This document shows, piece by piece, positions 35,323-44,165 of a stretch of DNA of 64,000 nucleotides (its first letter is position 1; each line of letters starts with the position of its first letter). Source of the DNA: an uncultured Spirochaetota bacterium (GTDB lineage: Bacteria; Spirochaetota; Brevinematia; Brevinematales; JAOACQ01); contig CAWAOD010000013.1 in NCBI GenBank assembly GCA_963783575.1, positions 1 through 64,000 on the forward strand. Reading direction: 5' to 3'. The notes beneath the pieces were generated by a model. That model ran no database searches. It was not told the origin of the DNA and worked only from the letters and a program-made list of their open reading frames with translations. A program made the position numbers and the translations under genes.

Positions 35323-35340
35323 TTGGCATAATATATGCAT
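35323..35340 (+). promoter_or_regulatory. sigma54 (-24/-12) promoter
   Basis: TTGGCATAATATATGCAT: GG(35325-6)-10 nt-GC(35337-8), about 40 nt upstream of the permease ATG. Confidence 0.6.
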
Positions 35341-35380
35341 TATAAATATATATATTAATTTCAGAAAAAAGGAGGACTTT

Positions 35381-37282
35381 ATGTCTGAAAGACAAATTAC
35401 GTCTAAACAAATAGTACCGTCGCTTGGTCTAATGGGCGCCGCTATGAATGCAATGGCGCTTATAGCGCCCGGAGCTTTTCTATGGATCACGTACCAGCTT
35501 CAGACCGCAGCAACGGACCCCAGCGGTGCTTCTGCCGCCCCTGATATGTGGGCGGGTATTCTGGTGGCTTTGGTTCTTGCTTTTTTAACGGCTCTTTCTT
35601 ATGCGGAAATGGCAAGGATCTATCCGGAGGCAGGCTTTGCCAGCTGCGCTTATTTTGCGGAAAAGGCTTTTCTCGATTCACGCAAGGAAAAACGTGCCGG
35701 GCCGACTTCACTGGCGCGGTTGTCCAAACTTGTTACCGGATGGGCAGCCCATCTTTTCTACTGGGTTTACCCCGGCGTTATGGTGGCTATGATGGCAACA
35801 CTTATCGGCTACATATATAATGCTGTGACAGGACAGACGCTTTCCATACCTGTGCTTACTGTAATCGGCGTTATTTTCGCATTTGTCACAGGTTATATAG
35901 CATACAGGGGAGTCACCGGTTCGACAAAAACTAATATTGCAATAAATATAATCCAGTGGGTAGCGATTATAGTGTTTAGCGGACTTGCAATATGGTACAG
36001 GATATCGAATCCTGAACATGCCGCAACGTGGTCTTTTAACGGAGGATTCGATATTATTAAGTTCCATAATATCAAAGGCGTTCTGGTTCAATCAACGATC
36101 GCAATCCTGATCCTTGTCGGTTTTGAAAGCGCAACGGCAATGTCCGCAGAGACAAAACAGCCAGGGAAAAATATCCCAAAAGCGATAATCCTGGCTCTTT
36201 TTGTCCAGGGTGTTATCGCATACCTTTTTGAATACTTTGCCGCAAATCTTATGGTCAGTGAAAAACTGACCGGGTCAGTTGCCGTAGCCGCAACAGCAAC
36301 AGCCGCGGTATCAACAAAAGTAGTGACCGGCTTTGACGCGCTTGCGGTTTCTTCCGCTCCTATCGGTGATATGAGCAGGCTTATCGGCGATCATCTGTTA
36401 GGAGGTATAGGTTTTGGGCTGATGATAATCATGGCAATAACCGTAGCAATAGCTGTTGTTGGGACAACTTTGAGCTGTATGAATACGGCAGTGCGTGTAA
36501 CAAACGGCCTGGCTGCCGACAGGGAACTCCCTGAATTTCTGAGCTTCATTCACCATGATAACAGGACTCCGCATACGACAATTTGGGTGCTGGTCGTTAT
36601 CTCCTGTATAATAGCCGCTATTGGAGTCCAATCGGTTGTAGGTTTGACGGGTATTACCCTGGCATCGAACTTCGGTACTTTTGTCCTGTACGGCCTGGTC
36701 TGCGTATGGACAATAATAGCTTTTAAAGACCGCAAGGACTTTAACCTTTTAAGGCATGGCCTTGTTCCAGGTTTTGGGCTTATACTTAACATTCTTATGC
36801 TTGCGGGAATAATATACCTTAACTTAACAGGCACTGCGGATAATAAAGCGGAGGCAAAAATATGCTTTTACATAGCGGGCGGTTTTGCGCTCTTGAGTTT
36901 CCTGTATGTAATGGTAACAACGGTTAAAAAGAATTATAGTATGAAAATGATTACTGCGATGATACGCCCCGAAAAACTGGGAATACTGGTTGCCGTATTA
37001 AAAGACGAATCGCTTGTCCAGGGTATGACCGTGACAAAGGTTAAAGGTTTCGGACGTTCATACGGCAAGATAGATCTAGATGAAGCAATTGATGAAAAAA
37101 TCAGTTTTGTCCCTAAAACACGGGTGGATATAGTAGTAAATGACTGGGATGTCCCACATGTTATGACAATAATGAAAGAAGTGTTAAAAACAGGAAAATC
37201 CGGTGACGGTAAAATCTTCGTAATCGACGCAAAGGAAGCCTTAAGGGTTTCCTCCGGCGAAACCGGCGTCGAAGCGGTATAG
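35381..37282 (+). CDS. APC-family amino acid permease fused to C-terminal P-II domain
   Basis: about 12 TMs with SYAEMA, LVGFES, RELP..RTP APC motifs; last about 113 aa MKMITAMIRPEK..KGFGR..PK..TG.SGDGKIFV = P-II fold. Confidence 0.9.
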   Translation: MSERQITSKQIVPSLGLMGAAMNAMALIAPGAFLWITYQLQTAATDPSGASAAPDMWAGILVALVLAFLTALSYAEMARIYPEAGFASCAYFAEKAFLDSRKEKRAGPTSLARLSKLVTGWAAHLFYWVYPGVMVAMMATLIGYIYNAVTGQTLSIPVLTVIGVIFAFVTGYIAYRGVTGSTKTNIAINIIQWVAIIVFSGLAIWYRISNPEHAATWSFNGGFDIIKFHNIKGVLVQSTIAILILVGFESATAMSAETKQPGKNIPKAIILALFVQGVIAYLFEYFAANLMVSEKLTGSVAVAATATAAVSTKVVTGFDALAVSSAPIGDMSRLIGDHLLGGIGFGLMIIMAITVAIAVVGTTLSCMNTAVRVTNGLAADRELPEFLSFIHHDNRTPHTTIWVLVVISCIIAAIGVQSVVGLTGITLASNFGTFVLYGLVCVWTIIAFKDRKDFNLLRHGLVPGFGLILNILMLAGIIYLNLTGTADNKAEAKICFYIAGGFALLSFLYVMVTTVKKNYSMKMITAMIRPEKLGILVAVLKDESLVQGMTVTKVKGFGRSYGKIDLDEAIDEKISFVPKTRVDIVVNDWDVPHVMTIMKEVLKTGKSGDGKIFVIDAKEALRVSSGETGVEAV

Positions 37283-37292
37283 GAGGCAGGAT

Positions 37293-37631
37293 ATGAAAAG
37301 AATAGAAGCTATCATCAGGCCCGAAAAAGCGGGCGCAGTGGTTACAACCCTTGATGCAGTAGGCCATCCCGGTATAATGATAAGTGAGATTGAAGGGCAT
37401 GGAAAACAGCATGGAATGGAAGATAATGTCCGCGGTAAAAAATATAAAATCGACCTGATCACTAAAACGCGAATAGAGATAATTGTAAAGGATTCTGATG
37501 TAAATAGGCTTGTCAAAGCCATACGTGATATCGCTGTCACAGGCGAGATCGGCGACGGTAAGATTTTTGTCCATCCCGTTGATGATGCGATAAGGATAAG
37601 GACCGATGAAAAAGGCGATGATGCCATATAA
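37293..37631 (+). CDS. P-II family nitrogen regulator (GlnB/GlnK-like)
   Basis: 112 aa; IEAIIRP, G.GKQ.G, RG.KY, TGEIGDGKIFV, RIRT. Confidence 0.95.
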   Translation: MKRIEAIIRPEKAGAVVTTLDAVGHPGIMISEIEGHGKQHGMEDNVRGKKYKIDLITKTRIEIIVKDSDVNRLVKAIRDIAVTGEIGDGKIFVHPVDDAIRIRTDEKGDDAI

Positions 37632-37642
37632 ACCTTTAAGTA

Positions 37643-37679
37643 AAATACTCCGGGGTTTTGCCCCGGGGTATTTGTTTTT
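37643..37679 (+). terminator. hairpin/terminator after second P-II
   Basis: AAATACTCCGGGG-ttttg-CCCCGGGGTATTT followed by GTTTTT. Confidence 0.65.
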
Positions 37680-37727
37680 AAATTTCAATATGAATTATTA
37701 TACAAATTTAGCAAACCGGAGGCGGGT

Positions 37728-38024
37728 ATGAAAAGAATAGAAGCTTACATCCGGCCTTCCCGTCTTTATGAATTGAAGAACAAATTGTTTAAAAACGGGT
37801 TTGTCAATTTAACTGTCATTGAAGCCGGGGAATTTAAATCCAGGGAAACAGAATTGAATGCGCTGGATACGACGATGGTTCCTAAAGTAATTGTAATCAT
37901 TCTGGTGGCCGATGATAAAAGGGTTGGATCGCTGCTTCAATTGATGCATTCGGTTTGTTTCGACGGTGAATGCGGCGACGGCAGGATACTGGTTGAAGAA
38001 ATTAAGGAATGGATTTCGGTGTGA
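37728..38024 (+). CDS. degenerate P-II-like protein (short T-loop)
   Basis: MKRIEAYIRP..VPKV..GECGDGRILV; 98 aa, lacks the C-terminal RIRTG. Confidence 0.78.
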   Translation: MKRIEAYIRPSRLYELKNKLFKNGFVNLTVIEAGEFKSRETELNALDTTMVPKVIVIILVADDKRVGSLLQLMHSVCFDGECGDGRILVEEIKEWISV

Positions 38025-38026
38025 TT

Positions 38027-38863
38027 TTATTTTAAAGAATCCTTTCTCGCCGCTTCATACATCACAACGGCAAATGCGTTGGCGACATTCATGGAGTTCT
38101 TTACTCCCAGAAGAGGAATTTGTAAATATTGATCGCAAAGATTAAGGACATCCTCGGTTATCCCGAATTCCTCATTACCAAAGATGAAAGCCGTATTTTC
38201 AAATTTTTCAAACTCAAAAAGAGGGATTGAGTTTTCGACAGTTTCAACTGCCGCGATTTTATATCCCGAATCGCGGTAAAATTTTACTGCATTTGCTGTT
38301 TCCTTAAAATATTTCCATGGGACGGAATTGAGAGTTCCCATGGCGGTTTTTTCTAGCTTGATTGAAGGCGGATGAGGTGTTATACCGCAGAGGGCAATTT
38401 CACCTGTTCCCAGGCAGTCCGCGCTTCTAAAAATGCTGCCGGTATTGAAAGCAGAGCGGAGATTGTCCAGGATAGCAAATATCCGGAATCGTGCCGGGGG
38501 TTTAACAACGCCGGTATTACCGGAGTCAAACTGCTTGACATGAACCTCAAAGTCAGGTTCGTTTTTTGTTTTACCGATCAATTCGAGCAGTTCATAAAAG
38601 CAGAAATTCAGCCTCCCAATCTGCAGTTTTCTTCCCATAAGATTTTCAATATCATTGATATAACTGTTTATTATTTCCCCTGCTTTTAACAGTTGATTTT
38701 TATCCGGATCTTCACTGATATATTTCAGGTATGTTTTTATTTTATCCAGGTCTAATACATTTTTTTCAGCCAGAATGTTTTCTGTTTCGCGTACGCATTG
38801 TGTGATTTTATAAAGTTTCTGCTTTAAATTCAGGCTCTGGAAAAGAATCCCGCTGATCATCAT
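38027..38863 (-). CDS. TrmH/SpoU-family RNA methyltransferase
   Basis: LDNLRSAFNTGSIFRSAD, FGNEEFG, SMNVANA. Confidence 0.9.
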   Translation of the reverse strand: MMISGILFQSLNLKQKLYKITQCVRETENILAEKNVLDLDKIKTYLKYISEDPDKNQLLKAGEIINSYINDIENLMGRKLQIGRLNFCFYELLELIGKTKNEPDFEVHVKQFDSGNTGVVKPPARFRIFAILDNLRSAFNTGSIFRSADCLGTGEIALCGITPHPPSIKLEKTAMGTLNSVPWKYFKETANAVKFYRDSGYKIAAVETVENSIPLFEFEKFENTAFIFGNEEFGITEDVLNLCDQYLQIPLLGVKNSMNVANAFAVVMYEAARKDSLK

Positions 38864-38968
38864 GCTTCCTTTTTGAATAGATTGAATGGTTAGTTAATAC
38901 TTGACTATACAGCAAAACTATAAAAATTTTTAACTTCTCAGTCAATACTGGCTATTATTAATTTCTGT

Positions 38969-39112
38969 TTTACAGGAAGGCGGGAAGGCACGAAGTTTAT
39001 AATATTCAGATTAGTATAACATTTTCAATATTTAGAAAACAATATTTTTTTTTAATATACAATTTGATAATTGTAAATCCTCATTCTTCTTGCCTTACCG
39101 CCTTCCTGTAAA
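38969..39112. repeat. 27-bp inverted repeats flanking about 90 bp of AT-rich DNA (MITE-like)
   Basis: TTTACAGGAAGGCGGGAAGGCACGAAG ... CTTCTTGCCTTACCGCCTTCCTGTAAA (25/27 complementary). Confidence 0.7.
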
Positions 39113-39132
39113 TTTAAGCCACCATAATACAA

Positions 39133-40080
39133 CTATACATTTGCATGTCCCCTGCCGTTGACAATAATAAAATTTTCGAGTTCGAGATAAGCGAAATCTT
39201 CATGCATGGATTTTATTTTCAACTCAATCTTCTTAACCAGTTCGAAAACCGCGCTGACAAATTTCATATCTACAAATCCAGCGTATGTTCCGAGCATTTT
39301 AACCTCAAAGGGCTTAATCTTCAAAATTTGTACAAGCTTACTTTTATCCCTAACGGCGAAATAACCCCACAAATGCCTAGCGGTCCTTAGAAGCATCGAG
39401 TTAAGACGGGTTAAAGGCTCTCCGGTGAGCCTCAAGTCGGACATCGCATTCAGCGCTTTTTTAAGATCGCGCATAAATATGCCTTCGATAAGATCAAAAA
39501 TATCCATATTCGGAGTTCTTGCAAGAAGTTTTCTGGCATCCTCAATTGCGACCTTTTTACTGTTTCGTGAAAAAGTTATGAGCATATTCAGCAGCAAATC
39601 CGCTTCCTCGCTGTCCTCATTGGCCATGGAAACTATAAAATCGGGAATCTCATCTTCAAATTCTATTGAATTTTCAGCGAGCTTTTCTCGAATATAACGG
39701 ATCAGCTCATTTTTATAGAGTTTTTTAAATTCGACGGTTTCACCGCCGATAGCCCTGACTCTTGAAATAATATCCGGGTTAACCTCCGGTGTAAGAATCC
39801 AGAGTGATGCGGCGGGATTTAAATGATCCATGTAATTATTTAATCTGTCCTCAAAATCATTTCTGGATTTTTCGGATAATACGTCCAGATTTTTTACAAC
39901 AACTATATTGTTTGAACTGAATAGCGAATCCTGGCCGCACTGGGAGAATATCTCATCGAAACCGGTTTCATCGGCATAATAGACGGTTATTTCTTCTTTT
40001 GAAAAGTTTTTCAAGTTTCTTGAAAGGAAATCACGTTTAAAGGCCTCATTTGGCCCTGTTAAAATAACTATTGGTTTCAT
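39133..40080 (-). CDS. holA: DNA polymerase III subunit delta
   Basis: ILTGP, SLFSS..IVVVKN, DIFDLIE, size, and position after an LptE-like gene. Confidence 0.8.
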   Translation of the reverse strand: MKPIVILTGPNEAFKRDFLSRNLKNFSKEEITVYYADETGFDEIFSQCGQDSLFSSNNIVVVKNLDVLSEKSRNDFEDRLNNYMDHLNPAASLWILTPEVNPDIISRVRAIGGETVEFKKLYKNELIRYIREKLAENSIEFEDEIPDFIVSMANEDSEEADLLLNMLITFSRNSKKVAIEDARKLLARTPNMDIFDLIEGIFMRDLKKALNAMSDLRLTGEPLTRLNSMLLRTARHLWGYFAVRDKSKLVQILKIKPFEVKMLGTYAGFVDMKFVSAVFELVKKIELKIKSMHEDFAYLELENFIIVNGRGHANV

Positions 40081-40669
40081 TGGTAACACCTAAAAATTTA
40101 ACTTTGTCCGGCATCTTGGAATATTCAATCTGCCAGCCGTTTATAACGGCTTCGGTGGTATGCTTTGCGGCATTTTCCAGAACTACTTTTAATACGGTGT
40201 CGGGTTTGTAATAATTTGTATCCAGCACCAGAAGATCTTCAACAATGGTTTTATCATTTTGTAAGAATTTTTTATCACTGTCAATGACCGAATAGTTGAT
40301 TGTAAGTGTATATATCAAGCCGTCCAGGTTTGTCACCCTTTCCGCCGGCGATGTGAAATACGATTCAAGGCTTCCGCTGATAACAGCCTGAGCGTTCTGG
40401 ATTTTCTTCTCAACCGACAACCCGTTTTCAGCAAGATTGATTTTAAGGAGCCTGTCGAAATTGTTTTGAATCCTGGAATCTCCGATAAAATCTGTGAATA
40501 ATGTGACATAGACCTTATAAATGTTATCGGTTAACCCGGCGGTTTTTCCATGAATTTCTACAACATCATTGGTATAGATAGCCCTTTCTTCATTGTCTTT
40601 AACCGTTCTTCCGCAAGCTGTCAGTATTATAATAAAGCAAATTATTATATAATATTTTAAGAATTTCAT
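40046..40669 (-). CDS. LptE-like lipoprotein
   Basis: lipobox LTAC; AQAVISGSL; directly upstream of holA as in lptE-holA synteny. Confidence 0.55.
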   Translation of the reverse strand: MKFLKYYIIICFIIILTACGRTVKDNEERAIYTNDVVEIHGKTAGLTDNIYKVYVTLFTDFIGDSRIQNNFDRLLKINLAENGLSVEKKIQNAQAVISGSLESYFTSPAERVTNLDGLIYTLTINYSVIDSDKKFLQNDKTIVEDLLVLDTNYYKPDTVLKVVLENAAKHTTEAVINGWQIEYSKMPDKVKFLGVTNETNSYFNRAK

Positions 40670-40679
40670 ATTCAGCCGT

Positions 40680-41672
40680 TTAAATTTTTTTCATCCAGGG
40701 CATTAATCCCCGCAGCTTACGGCCTGTCTCCTCAAGCTTATGCTCCGACCAGATTTTTCTTTGAGCGTTGAAAGATGTTTTATTAGCAAGATTCTCAAGC
40801 ATCCATGACTTTGCGAATTCGCCTGTTTGGATCTTTCTTAAAACTTCCCTCATCCTGGTCTTTACCGAATCATCGATTATAAAAGCGCCTGATGTATAGT
40901 CCCCGAATTCGGCGGTGTTTGAGATGGAGGACCTCATGCCGGAAATACCTTCCGTATAAATGAGGTCGACGATTAATTTCATCTCGTGGATGCATTCGAA
41001 ATAAGCCATTTCCGGGGGATACCCGGCTTCGGTGAGGGTCTCAAAAGCGGCCTTCATCAAATTTGTAACCCCGCCGCATAAAACCGCCTGCTCGCCGAAA
41101 AGGTCGGTTTCGGTCTCGTCCCTGAAAGTTGTCTCGAGGATAGCGGCTCTCGATCCGCCGATGGCTCCAGCGTATGACAGGGCGATTTTTAGCGCGTTTC
41201 CGGTATAATCCTGGTGAACTGCCACAAGGCATGGAACTCCCGCTCCCCTCTCGAACTCGGCTCGAACCATTGGGCCGACTCCTTTCGGGGCAGCCATAGC
41301 CACATCTATATTCTCCGGGGGTTCGATCTGACCGAAATGTATGTTGAATCCATGTGAAAACATAAGCATAGAACCAGGTTTCATTTTTTTCTCAATGGAA
41401 TTTTTGAAAACGATTCCCTGAATCTCGTCGGGAATAAGCATCATTATAACATCGGCCCATTCCGCAGCCTTTTCTAAAGTCATGTTCTTTAAACCGTCAG
41501 ATTCCACTTTTTTTATTGATGAGCTGCCCTCGCGGAGCCCAATTGTAACTTCAACACCCGAATCCTTTAGATTTAAGGCCTGGGCGCGGCCCTGACCGCC
41601 ATAACCGATAACCGCGACTTTTTTTCCTTTTAAAATACCTTCATTTATTTCGGTTTTTTGAAATATCTTCAT
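40680..41672 (-). CDS. ilvC: ketol-acid reductoisomerase
   Basis: IGYGGQG, FSHGFNIH, APKG.G, ETETDLFGEQAVLCGG, SNTAEFG. Confidence 0.97.
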   Translation of the reverse strand: MKIFQKTEINEGILKGKKVAVIGYGGQGRAQALNLKDSGVEVTIGLREGSSSIKKVESDGLKNMTLEKAAEWADVIMMLIPDEIQGIVFKNSIEKKMKPGSMLMFSHGFNIHFGQIEPPENIDVAMAAPKGVGPMVRAEFERGAGVPCLVAVHQDYTGNALKIALSYAGAIGGSRAAILETTFRDETETDLFGEQAVLCGGVTNLMKAAFETLTEAGYPPEMAYFECIHEMKLIVDLIYTEGISGMRSSISNTAEFGDYTSGAFIIDDSVKTRMREVLRKIQTGEFAKSWMLENLANKTSFNAQRKIWSEHKLEETGRKLRGLMPWMKKI

Positions 41673-41674
41673 AT

Positions 41675-42148
41675 TCAGCCTCTTATCAGGGCGACCTTGC
41701 CTGTTCTGGCCATTTCTTTAATCCCGTAGGCCTTGAGCAGGTCGACAACGGCATCAATCTTTTTGCTGTCGCCAGTAAATTCAACAGCTATTGTTTCGTG
41801 AGAAATATCGACAACCTTTCCTTTGAACACATCGGCTATTTCGATTATTTCCCTTCTTTTATTTGCTTCCGCTCCAACTTTAATCAGTGCGAGTTCCCTC
41901 GAAATGTGGTCCTGTTCCGTTAAATCCTTAACTTTTATGACATCGATGAGTTTATTAAGCTGTTTCTTTACCTGGTCTACAACCCTGTCATCCCCTTCCA
42001 CTAGAATTGTCATATTGGAAACGGTCGGGTCTTCGGTCTCTGCAACGGCAAGGCTTGAGATATTGAAACCCCTTGCCGAAAATAAACCGGATACTCTTGC
42101 CAGGACACCGAAATGGTTTTCAACCAAAACTGATAGTGTATATTTCAT
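41675..42148 (-). CDS. ilvN: acetolactate synthase small subunit
   Basis: LVENHFGVLARVSGLFSARGFNI ACT domain, KQLNKLIDV. Confidence 0.96.
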   Translation of the reverse strand: MKYTLSVLVENHFGVLARVSGLFSARGFNISSLAVAETEDPTVSNMTILVEGDDRVVDQVKKQLNKLIDVIKVKDLTEQDHISRELALIKVGAEANKRREIIEIADVFKGKVVDISHETIAVEFTGDSKKIDAVVDLLKAYGIKEMARTGKVALIRG

Positions 42149-42211
42149 GGTTATTTCTCCTCAATAAAATTTCTATTACTCTGGTTCTTATAAAAACTCG
42201 GGTGAGTAATA

Positions 42212-43924
42212 TCAGGCAAGCCCTCCGATCATCTGCGTCAAATTGGCTCCTGCAGGAACCATCGGAAAAACATTTTCTTCCTTGCTTATGATAACATCCA
42301 GAATTGCGGGTCCGTCGTATGCGATCATGTCCTTAAGCGCGGCCTCAAGCTCGGAAGGTTTTGAAACCCTTTTCCCCCAAAATCCGTAAGCCTCAGCAAT
42401 CTTTACAAAATCAGGATAATACTTACCGGTAGATTTATTTTCATGATGCTTTTCAAGCAAAACGGCAGAATATCTTTTTTTATAGAACAGCTCCTGCCAT
42501 TGCCTTACCATTCCCAGATAGCTGTTGTCCATTATTACTACTTTGATATTAATGTCATTATTGATTGCTGTGGCGAGTTCCTGGATATTCATCTGTATTG
42601 AACCGTCTCCGGCAATATTGATAACCAGTTCCTTTTTTAATGCCGCCTTTGCTCCGATTGAAGCCGGCAGGCCGTAACCCATAGTACCCAAACCTCCCGA
42701 GGTAAGGAATTTCCTTGGGCTTTTAAAATTATAATATTGTGCAGTCCACATTTGGTGCTGTCCGACTTCGGTAGCTATTATCGCCTTACCTTTTGTCAAT
42801 TCGCATATTTTTTCTATGACATACTGCGGTTTTATTTCTGTATCGCTTTTTTGATATGCAAGCGGGTATGATTTCTTCCATTCTCTGATCTGGTCTATCC
42901 AGGGCTTTATGTCCAGAGGTTTAATATCTTTTAAAAATTCAGTTAAAACTTCTTTTACATCTCCGACGATTGGAATATCAACAACAACTGTTTTACTTAT
43001 CGAAGTCGGATCGATATCGATATGGATTATTTTGGCATTATGTGCGAATTCGTCAATCCTGCCTGTAACCCTGTCGTCAAACCTTGCCCCAATTGCTATA
43101 ATAAGATCGGAATGGTGGATTGCATAATTTGCGAAAACTGTGCCATGCATACCGAGCATGCCAAGGTATAGCGGATCATTTAAATCCGATGGATAAGCCC
43201 CTAAACCCATCAATGTGGATGTGCAGGGAATTCCGGTTTTATTGACAAATTCCGTCAATTCTTTTGAGGCATTGCTCAGGATTACGCCACCGCCGAAATA
43301 AATCAGCGGTTTTTTGGATTGTTCCAATAAATTAAGCGCCTTCTTTACCTGGCCCAGATGAACCCTGACTTTCGGCTTATAACTTCTCAATTCCACTTTG
43401 TCGGGATATTCGAATTCAGCATTTGAAGTTAAAACATCTTTCGGCAGATCGATAAGGACAGGGCCTGGCCTCCCTGTACCTGCAATATAGAAGGCTTCTT
43501 TTACTATCCTTGCTATATCATTTGTATCTTTTACCAGGTAATTGTGTTTTGTGATCGGCCGAGTAATGCCGGTAATATCGGCTTCTTGAAACGCGTCGCT
43601 TCCGATCATCGAAGTAACAACCTGTCCGGTTAATGCAACCATAGGAATAGAATCCATATAAGCCGTTGCAATGCCTGTTACAAGGTTTGTAGCACCCGGT
43701 CCGCTTGTCGCCAGGCAGACACCGACCTTGCCGGTTGCTCTTGCATAACCGTCGGCGGCATGCGCCGCGCCCTGTTCATGTCGTACATGAATGAGATTGA
43801 TGCCTTTTTCATCATATAATTCGTCAAAAAGCGGTATGACAACTCCGCCCGGATAGCCGAATATAGTATCCACACCCTCTTTTTTTAAGCTCTCTATCAA
43901 TATTCTAGCACCATTTAAAACCAC
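42212..43924 (-). CDS. ilvB: acetolactate synthase large subunit
   Basis: [46 protein letters not shown]. Confidence 0.97.
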   Translation of the reverse strand: MVLNGARILIESLKKEGVDTIFGYPGGVVIPLFDELYDEKGINLIHVRHEQGAAHAADGYARATGKVGVCLATSGPGATNLVTGIATAYMDSIPMVALTGQVVTSMIGSDAFQEADITGITRPITKHNYLVKDTNDIARIVKEAFYIAGTGRPGPVLIDLPKDVLTSNAEFEYPDKVELRSYKPKVRVHLGQVKKALNLLEQSKKPLIYFGGGVILSNASKELTEFVNKTGIPCTSTLMGLGAYPSDLNDPLYLGMLGMHGTVFANYAIHHSDLIIAIGARFDDRVTGRIDEFAHNAKIIHIDIDPTSISKTVVVDIPIVGDVKEVLTEFLKDIKPLDIKPWIDQIREWKKSYPLAYQKSDTEIKPQYVIEKICELTKGKAIIATEVGQHQMWTAQYYNFKSPRKFLTSGGLGTMGYGLPASIGAKAALKKELVINIAGDGSIQMNIQELATAINNDINIKVVIMDNSYLGMVRQWQELFYKKRYSAVLLEKHHENKSTGKYYPDFVKIAEAYGFWGKRVSKPSELEAALKDMIAYDGPAILDVIISKEENVFPMVPAGANLTQMIGGLA

Positions 43925-44165
43925 TTTGCACCTCCTCCACTTTTTATCGTATAAATAATAATTTTATAATAATTTATATTAAATTACAAATATCCAAATA
44001 AAGCAATATTTCATACAATTGCTTGACATACCAAAAAAATGAAAAAATAATGCTTTACTTTTAGACTTTACATGAATATCACTTTATAATATCATTTACC
44101 TATAACTTAAATTGAGAAATTTTTAATAATCTTACGATAGTGATTATAAGTTTCAAGGAAGTTTA

